NCBI RefSeq assembly: GCF_006345805.1
Contig: NW_021826706.1
Location: 1 to 12,081, forward strand
Length of the DNA stretch: 12,081 bases
Direction: 5' to 3'
From: Octopus sinensis
Lineage: Eukaryota
A program made the translations under genes and the position numbers. The notes under the pieces are model-generated. The model was not told the DNA's origin and did no database searches. It worked only from the letters and a program-made list of their open reading frames with translations. Shown piece after piece: positions 1 to 8,344 of this stretch; the first letter of the stretch is position 1, and the number at the start of each line of letters is the position of its first letter.

Positions 1-134
1 GGAGAGGGAGGAAGAGTGCGAAGGGGAGGTAGAAAGTCAGAGAAGGAGAGAAAGATAGAGGAGAATGGTGAGAGATGAAGACGTGGTAATGGAGGACATT
101 CGGAAATATTCAGGATGACCATTGACAAATAAGC

Positions 135-207
135 CACACGCATGCGCGCGCACACACCCACATACACACACACACGTACATGCACACATACACAGATACG
201 CATACAC

Positions 208-238
<31 letters not shown>

Positions 239-990
239 CACATACATACATACGCACACACACGCATGTACACACACACATACACACACATTGACAAAAA
301 TACATAGACGCACACATGCACACGTATCCGTATGCACAATGCACCCGCACACTCAAACACTCGTGCACATGCCATTCGTCAATTGATGCACATTCATATT
401 TTCACCATTAATGCAGTACCATAACGATACAGGACTCTTGAATTGGATCAAGCGGTCGTGAATACACACACACACACATACACACACACGCACATACACA
501 CACGTATACACACACGCATACACACGCACATACTGACACACACACACGCAAGCATACGCACACGCTCACACACATGCACATACATATAGTAACACACACA
601 CACGAGCGAGCACACACGGAATCACACCCATCCACACACACATATTTACACATACTCGCACATAAACACATCTATAAACACATACACATATACTTACAAA
701 CGCATACTTACTCGCATATATTTACAGACACATACACAAGTACTTGCATACATACACTCATTCACACTCCCTTTCACACATATAGAGTTACACTCAATCA
801 AACACACATACACACACATACATATATATAGACACATGCATATATACCTTCATACATATATATTTATATAAACAAATTTATACACACCTATATACAAAAA
901 GAGGCGTGCGAGAGCGCCTACATACACAAACACACATTTACGAATGCATAAACTTACACATATGTGCGTAAAACACCCACATACATACGC
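135..990. repeat. Compound degenerate (CA)n/(TACA)n/(TA)n microsatellite field
   Basis: Seen directly. It is interrupted by a unique island at about 360-462. Confidence 0.95.
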
Positions 991-1090
991 CTACACACAT
1001 ACACCAACGGATGGATGAAAGGAAGTTTGCACGTTCGACTTTAATTTCTACTCCGTCATCGTTTCAATAAAAATGACATACTTAGGAAAA

Positions 1091-1140
1091 CAGAGAGAGA
1101 GAGAGAGAAGGGGAGAGAGATGTAGAAGGAAGAGAGAGAG
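1091..1140. repeat. (GA)n polypurine tract
   Basis: Seen directly. Confidence 0.95.
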
Positions 1141-1807
1141 ATGGCGAGGACAACCTGATACAGTAGAAGGACTAGTGCTAAACGTAACAGTGTAACCAAG
1201 TCGATATTCGTTGGCAAATACGCGTGTTTGTGTCCTGTCGATATTTGTGATAACGTGCATGCTAGAGTCATTAGCACCGTGACTAAGAGTTTGAGGTTCA
1301 GGATTAAATGTTGTTTAAACTGAAACATTAATTATTTTGGTAGAGTTTTTATGGCGAGCCTATGTACTTATCTACATTTATGGCCGGTACTGTGTTCATT
1401 CTTCGTCGGAGAGCGTCACTTTGAACCAAGTTTTCGCGGCATACTTGAAACAATTGCAGGATAGTTGCTAGGGTTTACACATTATATTATCTACAAACAC
1501 CGTCATGACATTTGCAGAATAAAACAAACAGACGCTGTGAAAACATTCATATTTTCGTATAAATTTCGAGACCAAAGTCTTGTTTTTCTTTCATCACTTT
1601 TTCGACAAACTTCAAATCAAACACGTTTATATGCTTCAATTTATTATGATATTGTAGAATTTATAGTATCCGACTACCTGTTGGAAACTTTCCGGTTTAT
1701 ACCATATTTTCAAAGTGTTTTTCCTTTGGAGAAATCCAAATGCCATTACATGTTACATTGGCGGATTTTAATTGCAGTATTTTCAGAATTTTCTGCCTGC
1801 ATTTGTA

Positions 1808-1808
1808 C

Positions 1809-1865
<57 letters not shown>

Positions 1866-1945
1866 GAACGTATTTGTGTATGTGTTATATTATATTTACA
1901 AGATATATATATATATATATATAGATATATTATATATATATGTAT
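1808..1945. repeat. (TA)n microsatellites
   Basis: Seen: near-perfect at 1808-1863, with a second tract at about 1903-1945. Confidence 0.95.
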
Positions 1946-2157
1946 ACATATCTACATATGTGCATGTATGTATAGGGTTTACCATTCCACAGATTTTGAG
2001 TGTTTAACATGAAAGAGATTGTAGGTTCTTTAGAGTATACTTTAAAGTCCGAAAGAGTCCAAAATGTCATCGTATTTGAAGGTTCCTTGTTACCATCAAA
2101 GTTTTTGATTCACAGTGGAATGGGATTCGAGAAATTTTACGATAGAAGCTGAAAATC

Positions 2158-2174
2158 TTTCTCTCTCTCTCTCA

Positions 2175-2222
<48 letters not shown>
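2158..2222. repeat. Compound (CT)n(CA)n microsatellite
   Basis: Seen directly. Confidence 0.97.
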
Positions 2223-2273
2223 TAGTTCTTCTAATCTTCGTCCGCGATTTACCTGCCTGGTCGCTATTAATAC

Positions 2274-2408
2274 AGGCATCGGGTGTGCGGTTAAGGAGCT
2301 CCCTTTGCAATCACGTGGTTCCGGGTTCAGTCTCACTGCACAGCACCTTGTGCAAGTCTCTTCTACTATAGTCTCGGACTTGCAGGTGAATTTAGTAGAC
2401 GGAAACTG
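2274..2408 (+). mobile_element. Diverged, 3'-truncated family A SINE head
   Basis: Seen: aligns to the reverse complement of about 9892-10039. Shared blocks include GGTTCCGGGTTCAGTC, CACTGC, GCACCTTG, GCAAGT, CTATA and GTAGACGGAAACTG. It carries a roughly 11-nt internal deletion. Confidence 0.8.
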
Positions 2409-2446
2409 TCTACTAAATTCGCATACATATGTGTGTATATTATATT

Positions 2447-2449
2447 GAT

Positions 2450-2483
<34 letters not shown>

Positions 2484-2540
2484 ATATATATATATATATA
2501 ATTTAACAATAAGGGTTTTGCAACAATATATATATATAAA
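2447..2540. repeat. (TA)n microsatellite
   Basis: Seen directly, with interruptions. Confidence 0.93.
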
Positions 2541-2825
2541 TGTATTTATAGTCTAAAGACCCAATAGAAGTTGACTCAACAAAATTACTCCGTCCAGTGA
2601 GTGATAAATATCAGTTATATACACAACCGAAAGGGCTACTAATAGTTTCATGCTGTTACGATACTTGAACATATATATCTATAGAATATGCCATGTATCT
2701 TAAATTTCTTTGCGCTATTTGCTCTGTCACTTTGCCGAGATCCTGTCTAGATCGGTTTTTATCGTTCGTCCTTTTGAGATCGCTAAGCAAATTATTAGTC
2801 CAAGGGAAGAGGGTCGATTAGTGGA

Positions 2826-2883
2826 GTGTTAAAAAGGTTTGCAGTATGTTTTGGCTCCGTGCGTTCAACGTTTTAATCCCGCC
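2826..2883 (+). mobile_element. Highly decayed family B-like SINE head
   Basis: Seen: AAAAAGGTTTGCAGTATGTTTTGGCTCCGTGCGTTC...TTTTAATCCCGCC is collinear with the family B head between the A and B boxes. Identity is low. Confidence 0.4.
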
Positions 2884-3004
2884 ATTTGTTACCGAAAAAG
2901 AAAGAAAGAAAGAGAAGGCGCTATCCTTCGAGAACTGGCAAAAACAGTGACCAGCATTGGAAATTCTTGGAGCATGTGCCAAAGTATTTCAACTGGTCAT
3001 TCTC

Positions 3005-3480
3005 AGTACTAGCATTGCAGTTGGCAGAAGAGAACACAGGAAGAGCTCTGCAGTCCCCTAAACTAACACAAGGTGTCTTAGTTTATACGATTTCGTCTCA
3101 AATAAGGCCTGAACCCATTGTTATGTAAGGGAATACAACAGAAGAAAATATCACAGACTTGAGGAAAACAAAACAGAGGGCATTAGTCCGAGGGAAAACG
3201 CTATAAGAATTAAAGAAAAAAATATAGGTTTATGACTTACAAAAATTCTCGCCAAAGAAACGATGTACCTGGGAAGAGATAAGCTTAAAGGTCATGACAG
3301 AGGGTACTAAACCAGAAAGTTCATTAAAACAATGATCTCGGAAATACTTGTACAAAAGACAAGACTAAGATGCATTTCGACGATGAGCCAGAAACTTCAA
3401 CATAGTAGAAAGAAGGAGGCTCATCAGGCTAACGACTCGGCCAGGCATGTTAAAAGCCTCAGAAGAGGCACCGGCCCAAA
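3005..3480 (+). mobile_element. Probable decayed RTE-clade LINE ORF2 C-terminal fragment
   Basis: My translation: 3083 LYDFVSNKA*THCYVREYNRRKYHRLEEN, and in the same frame 3350 VQKTRLRC. These resemble a recalled RTE pattern LYDxCVRxAMLHGSETW...RLERNE...VQxRRLRW. The spacing between the last two motifs is about 26 aa longer than I recall, so this is tentative. Confidence 0.4.
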
Positions 3481-3964
3481 TATGACGGCAGTATTTAATG
3501 CTCCGCTCTAAAATAGTGTAATATACCGAACGAGAGTGGAGCTGAGTTTCAAATGTGCATCAATAAATATAATTATGAACTCTTAACTTAAATCAAACGT
3601 CTGCGACACAAAAGATTAGCAGGACTATCAGAAAGTCGGTCAGGATTCCTTGTGGCAACTTTATTCGACCTTTGCATTTTGATACCGAGCCTGCATTGGT
3701 ACCAAGCTGCATCGACCTAATTTGAGGATCTTACTATTGAATAATCGTCGGTAATGTGGAGAAAGAAGGCTTGCATGATAGTTGGTCAAACATGTCTTGT
3801 TCAGATCTGGGCATATATGTGCAGATACATGGAAAACCTTGAATGTCATAAATTGAAAGAGAAACCCATGATATTTATTTCTAATTCATTCTTGTACTTC
3901 AAAATGATCCTGTTATCATTACTGATATTCTGATTAAATTATTATTATTTCTGTATAACCAAGT

Positions 3965-4053
3965 AGGTGGCGATCTGGCAGAATTATTAAAGAGTCATTG
4001 CATATGTTTTATAGTATATCTCTTCGGAAATTTTACATTTTGTGTTCGACCTC
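3965..4053 (+). mobile_element. Decayed family B SINE head
   Basis: Seen: AGGTGGCGATCTGGCAGAATTATTA resembles the head GGCAGCGAGCTGGCAGAACCGTTA, and a GTTCGA box lies at the expected distance. Confidence 0.55.
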
Positions 4054-4106
4054 CTTTCGGTTTTTTTGCTAGTTCTTAAAGGATACGTTTTTTTTTTCAG
4101 AAACAC

Positions 4107-4145
4107 TGCAGGATTTGAACTCAGAACGCATGGAGCCCAAACGTA
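4107..4145 (-). mobile_element. Short family B SINE B-box fragment
   Basis: Seen: the 16-mer ATTTGAACTCAGAACG (4113-4128) is identical to 4406-4421. Confidence 0.6.
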
Positions 4146-4244
4146 TTTCATACTACCTCACCTACCTTCTAGCATTCCACCAACCAATTGCTCTGGACTG
4201 ATAATTTACATATCGATTCAGAAATGACGGAAAGCAAAGTCTGA

Positions 4245-4505
4245 GAAACAAAATACCTATTTCTTTACTACCCACGAGGGGCTAAACACAGAGGGGACAA
4301 ACAAGGACAGACAGACGGATTAAGTCGATTATATCGACCCCAGTGCGTAACTGGTACTTAACTTATGACCCCGAACGGATGAAAGGCAAAGGCGACCTCG
4401 GCGGAATTTGAACTCAGAACGTAACGGCAGACGAAATACGGCTACGCATTTAGCCCGGCGTGCTAACGGTTCTGCCAGCTCGCTGCCCTCTGGAAACAAA
4501 ATACC
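4245..4505. repeat. Target-site duplication flanking the family B SINE
   Basis: Seen: an exact 13-mer GAAACAAAATACC at 4245-4257 and 4493-4505. It extends to TCTG(A)GAAACAAAATACC with one indel (4240-4257 vs 4489-4505). Confidence 0.85.
4258..4488 (-). mobile_element. Young tRNA-derived SINE (about 230 bp), called family B here, with target-site duplication
   Basis: Seen: the minus strand has an A-box-like TGGCAGAACCG and a B-box-like GAGTTCAAATTCC. A central segment GCCTTTCATCCGTTCGGGGTCATAAG...GTACCAG is followed by the hairpin GTCGAT-ATA-ATCGAC (4324-4338). The element is flanked by the direct repeat GAAACAAAATACC. Several decayed homologues occur in the window. It also matches a recalled Octopus SINE consensus. 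Confidence 0.9.
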
Positions 4506-4870
4506 AATCAAGTACTGGCGCCGATGCATCGAAAAAAACCTTACCCTCAAAATTGCTGTTTTTTGGTGCCTAATTAATTCAGAAACCATTATTATGTAGA
4601 AAGGTAATGATAAAAGTACTAGAAAAGTACACTATAAAAATGAGATATTTAGTGCAGGAGATTTTGGAAAGCAATGAACTGACGTTGAAACATGGTGCTG
4701 TTTTCTGCTCTGTTGGGACACCGAAACCCTGACGCACGTGGTACTTTTAAAATTGAAGGGGATTCAGTGGGGAAGTGTATTTTATATTTAATTCTGATGG
4801 GTCACATCAGAAATCGAACTCATCATCACTGCAAGCTCGTTAATTTTAAGTTGTGTCGGTGAAAGTTTGA

Positions 4871-5058
4871 GCTGCTGTTTAACTCCAAGTTAGCCTTAGT
4901 CGAGAAAATTTCTAATCAAGAACTCTCTATCCTTGACTATCTAACTCTTTAAATGTCCAGAACTAATTGTAAATGTAATCCAATTTTAAGATGATGGGGA
5001 GATTCGAGAAAGATTGGCTGTTATTTCTAGAAGGTCTTAAGACCAAATAGTGGCTTCC
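4871..5058 (+). repeat. Old family C copy
   Basis: Seen: low-identity but collinear match to the unit. The 3' block GATTGGCTGTTATTTCTAG is mirrored by TAGAAAAAGCAGCCAAATC at about 6871-6889, and a related block lies at 6449-6473. Confidence 0.6.
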
Positions 5059-5377
5059 CACAATGGAGTGCATTGACAAGATTTAAGCATCTTCGGTTAA
5101 ATCTTCTCAATGGTTACAGTACAGAAGCAGAGGCGGGATGTGAGCTGTTGACTTTTCGACTAGAAATTCGACCCCACTGTCAATCCGATCACTGCGACAC
5201 TCGAGTTAGGGAGATTACATTCAATATAGAGCAGGGGTCGGAGGACTTTTTAAACCAATTACCTCAAAATATATATATTTACGCTGACGTTATCCCCTTG
5301 GTTTGAAAAGAAGAAAATTATAGATTCTTTGAATTCAAAACGTTTATTGAATCAATTTATATGAATCTGTTTACACA

Positions 5378-5501
5378 TTCGTTACACTGGCTAAACAAAA
5401 TGCTTTGTGGTACTCGTTTTGGATCTTTGTGCTATGAGTTCAAATCCTACCAGGATCAAATTTGTTTTGCATCAATTCAAGGCTGTTCAATAAGTACCAG
5501 T
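5378..5501 (+). mobile_element. Decayed family B SINE fragment
   Basis: Seen: AAATGCTTTGTGGTACTCG...TGAGTTCAAATCCTACC...TAAGTACCAGT is collinear with the reverse complement of about 4348-4470. Confidence 0.7.
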
Positions 5502-6140
5502 CTAGTCTAACCCAGCCCAACCCTGGGGCTCCCTCTCTCTCTCACTCTCTTTGGGTTGTAAGGTTTCGCCTTATTATTCCGATTCTACCCGAACATTGTA
5601 TTAATGGCACACGTGTCTGCTGCCGAACATTCAGCCGATGATGATTACGCTTTAACTTCACGAGAAGGAATTCGGATTATCGATTCCCCACCACCACCAC
5701 CATCACCACTACTATTTCCACCGCCAGTGGTTTAATGTTTTCACATTGATCAAACTAACTAACAAACAAACACTCACTATTGCTAAGATTATTATATTTT
5801 ACCAATACCACACCCAAACCGGTCAGACCAACATATGTTAGTCTCAAGACTATTTCAAAACTGTAAAAATCATCCCTAGCCACACAAAGTCATAGAAATG
5901 TTTTTCACTTCGAAGCCTGCTTACCATTTTGTCAGCTGCTTCGTTCAATATAACGACCGTTGTCAACATATTGTATCGATTATATCGCTTATGTATATTG
6001 AATATGTTCCTCCAGATGCTACACTATTGTAATATTGGCAATCGTTTATTGGTATTTTATGGCAGTCATAACTTAAATTACAAAAATAAAAAACCCGTCA
6101 AAATTAGATATAGTTTGCAAATATGTCGTTATTGTTGCTG

Positions 6141-6448
6141 TGTTGTTATTGTCGTATAGCCACAGGTCAACCCTGACCAAGCACAAATATGATCAAAGGC
6201 ATTCCAACCATGACTGTTCCATCTTTCTTAATTAAGGATGTCTAGTATAATATTATGTACTGTATTCTTTAATTCTTAAATAGTTAGGGTGTGATGTTGT
6301 TATTGTAGTATAGCCACAGGTCAAACCTGACCAAGCACAAATATGATCAAAGGCGTTCCAAACACGACTGTTCCATCTTTCTGAATTAAGGATGTCTAGC
6401 ATAATATTATGTGCAGTATTCTTTAATTCTTAAATAGTTAGGGTGTGA
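6141..6448 (+). repeat. Tandem duplication of 2 x 154 bp (unclassified interspersed repeat, family C)
   Basis: Seen: 6141-6294 and 6295-6448 align without gaps, with 9 substitutions by my count (about 94% identity). Confidence 0.95.
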
Positions 6449-6473
6449 TTTAAGGCAAGTCTGACTGCTATTT

Positions 6474-6668
6474 GTTGTTCCTGTTGTTGTTAGCCACAAA
6501 TCAATACTGATCAAGGACACACATATAACCAAAGGCGTTCCAACCATGCCCGTTCCATTTTCCGTAAGGATATCTAGCGTAACGTTAGGTACTGCATTCT
6601 TTCCTTACTTAAGTAGTCAAGACAATTTAGTTGTTATTTTCAGCATATAGAAGAGCGGCATAGAAGCT
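6474..6668 (+). repeat. Third, more diverged family C copy
   Basis: Seen: GTTGTTAGCCACAAATCAATACTGATCAAG...CAAAGGCGTTCCAACCATG...TAAGGATATCTAGC is collinear with the 154-bp unit and continues into the 3' part of the element. Confidence 0.85.
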
Positions 6669-6689
6669 GAGCACAAGGCCATCAATTTT

Positions 6690-6783
6690 AAAAGAAAGAG
6701 CTTTAATCAATGCAATTGACCTCAAATTATATATCGTACTTTATTTTATCGACCTCGCGGGATGAAAGGAAAAATTTGCCTCA
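6690..6783 (-). mobile_element. Decayed family B SINE core fragment
   Basis: Seen: GTACTTTATTTTATCGACCTCGCGGGATGAAAGGAAAA matches 4354-4389 (GTACTTAACTTATGACCCCGAACGGATGAAAGGCAAA). Confidence 0.65.
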
Positions 6784-6856
6784 ATGAGGCCGAAACGCTC
6801 ATTATCTAGACTATACATAATTGGGATTCATTTCTGAGAGAAATACCATATGAAAT

Positions 6857-7025
6857 GACCATTTCGGTCGTAGAAAAAGCAGCCAAATCGTCTTAAAAGG
6901 GAAACAAAAGATGCAAAATAAAAGTTAAAATACATTTGATATTGATATACAGAGACGTGATGGTCATAACTGAATTGCTTATGATCATAAATTTGTCTGA
7001 TTGAGCGAACTCGGAGACAAATAAG
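6857..7025 (-). repeat. Inverted family C copy
   Basis: Seen: GATGGTCATAACTGAATTGCTTATGATCATA is the diverged reverse complement of TATGATCAAAGGCATTCCAACCATGAC. TAGAAAAAGCAGCCAAATC mirrors the 3' block of the copy at 4871-5058. Confidence 0.7.
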
Positions 7026-7043
7026 ATTATAAGTATATATCTT

Positions 7044-7162
7044 GCAGGTGAGTTAGCATAATTGTGAGACCTGAGAAGTTAAAATTTTTGTGCTATCTTA
7101 AGCGAAAATTTTTACTCTACAACAAACGTCATTGAAACTGCAAGGCTTAAAAAGTTCAAATA
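7044..7162 (+). mobile_element. Highly decayed family B-like SINE head
   Basis: Seen: GGTGAGTTAGCATAATTGT resembles GGCGAGCTGGCAGAATTGT, and AGTTCAAAT occurs at about 7153-7161. The intervening sequence aligns poorly. Confidence 0.35.
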
Positions 7163-7324
7163 CCTTTCAAATATATTTGAACTAGCCTTAAGTTTGTACA
7201 AATCCACACACACACAAAAAGGTAATTACAAACACATAAAGGTGAGTATATGTGTATGCGTGTGCGCGTGTATGTGTGGATAGATACAAATTTACGTATA
7301 TATGTATATATGAATGCTTACCTG

Positions 7325-7408
<84 letters not shown>

Positions 7409-7427
7409 ACTATCTATCTATCTATCT
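7325..7427. repeat. (TCTA)n / GATA tetranucleotide array
   Basis: Seen directly. It is followed by (TA)n at about 7454-7492. Confidence 0.97.
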
Positions 7428-7451
7428 CGAACTATCTCCCTGTGTGTGTGC

Positions 7452-7496
<45 letters not shown>

Positions 7497-7690
7497 TTGT
7501 ACACCACCTGTCTTCGTCTTTTGTTTGTTTTTTTTGTAAACTCTCCCTATATATATATATATACATACATGCATACAAGCATATATTTTATATATATATA
7601 TATAAATTTATATACAAGTAAAACACACATACATATATTTACATCAATGTACCTAGAAATATATAATATATATATGTGCATACTCTCAGT

Positions 7691-8055
7691 TCTGTAAATG
7701 ACCAGAGACAAGGAAAGCATTGTCTAATGATGATATACCAATATTGTGTGGCTAAACAAAAATTACACAAATGTTTCTCACAAGAAAACATCATCGCGTC
7801 ACATCACGCAGCACCACATCCCAAAGCACTAACTCAGAGCCCTTGCCCTAGCTTCAGTTTTGGGGATCATTTTTAACCAAGGGTTCAATATAGTTAGGAA
7901 CGTATGTCAACGGCTGCCTCTTCCATGGCGGAACCAGAATATACTTAAGCTTCTAACAATCAGTAATACGCTATAAAACTCAGTTGATACAGACGATGGA
8001 GTAATGTTCTCGCATCTTAGACGACATCCAGAAAAGAGCCGCCCGACTGACTCTT
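7691..8055 (+). mobile_element. Decayed non-LTR retrotransposon (CR1/L2/Jockey group), ORF2 fragment C-terminal to the YADD motif
   Basis: My translation: 7707 DKESIV***YTNIVWLNKNYT; same frame 7854 SVLGIIFN; one frameshift; 7912 GCLFHGGTRIYLSF*QSVIRYKTQLIQTME*CSRILDDIQKRAARL. Established knowledge: these follow the order DLxxIxxWxxxNxxxFNxxKT / LGIxF / YKxxIRPxMEYCS / LDxIQKRAxRL of CR1-group reverse transcriptases. The stops sit where Q, W, G and Y are expected, each one substitution away. Confidence 0.72.
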
Positions 8056-8155
8056 CTCATCCTTGTTGTAATTAACGCCTACCTCGCATCATATTAATCC
8101 ACATGCCTGATCTTAGTCTCAAAAAATGGAGGACCTTCGGAACGCCTTCAATACG

Positions 8156-8184
8156 TCTATCTATCTATCTATCTATTTATCTAT

Positions 8185-8231
<47 letters not shown>

Positions 8232-8262
8232 CTATATCTATCTATCTATCTATCTATCTATC
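8156..8262. repeat. (TCTA)n array
   Basis: Seen directly, with a few variant units. Confidence 0.97.
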
Positions 8263-8344
8263 CTTCTCGTTCTCTCAATAATATTGAGGAGAGAAAGATA
8301 GATGGTTATACATGCTAACATAAGCACATACATACACACACAGT

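Noticed and set aside
441-451. 11-mer AATTGGATCAA shared with 10822-10832 (both can encode NWIK)
   Set aside because: Several 11-mer matches are expected by chance in 12 kb, and the flanks do not align.
37-831. Multiple 60-112 aa ORFs rich in VC/HT/YI
   Set aside because: They are translations of (CA)n/(TA)n repeats, which lack stops in several frames.
1013-1022. GGATGAAAGG identical to the family B core
   Set aside because: Only 10 bp with no convincing flanking alignment.
2009-2152. 47-codon ATG ORF (MKEIVGSLEY...)
   Set aside because: The length is expected by chance, and no homology or splice support is visible.
3661-3915. Minus-strand QD...CPDLN resembling a Tc1/mariner SPDLN motif
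   Set aside because: Spacing and flanking residues (W-P, H, final D/E) do not fit, and no terminal inverted repeats were seen.
5073-5306. 77-aa non-repetitive ORF
   Set aside because: No recognisable motif, a non-ATG start, no clear splice sites, and part resembles a decayed tRNA-like head on the minus strand.
6141-6668. CRISPR-like or telomeric interpretation of the tandem units (each young unit has one TTAGGG)
   Set aside because: There are no unique spacers, the context is eukaryotic, and single hexamers are uninformative.
6778-6797. GCCTCA-A-TGAGGC palindrome and a hammerhead-like ATGAGGCCGAAAC
   Set aside because: Only 6-bp arms, no CUGA core, and it lies at the edge of a SINE relic. 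Compatible with chance.
7044-7053. Perfect splice donor CAG|GTGAGT
   Set aside because: It coincides with a decayed SINE head, and no plausible upstream acceptor or exon exists.
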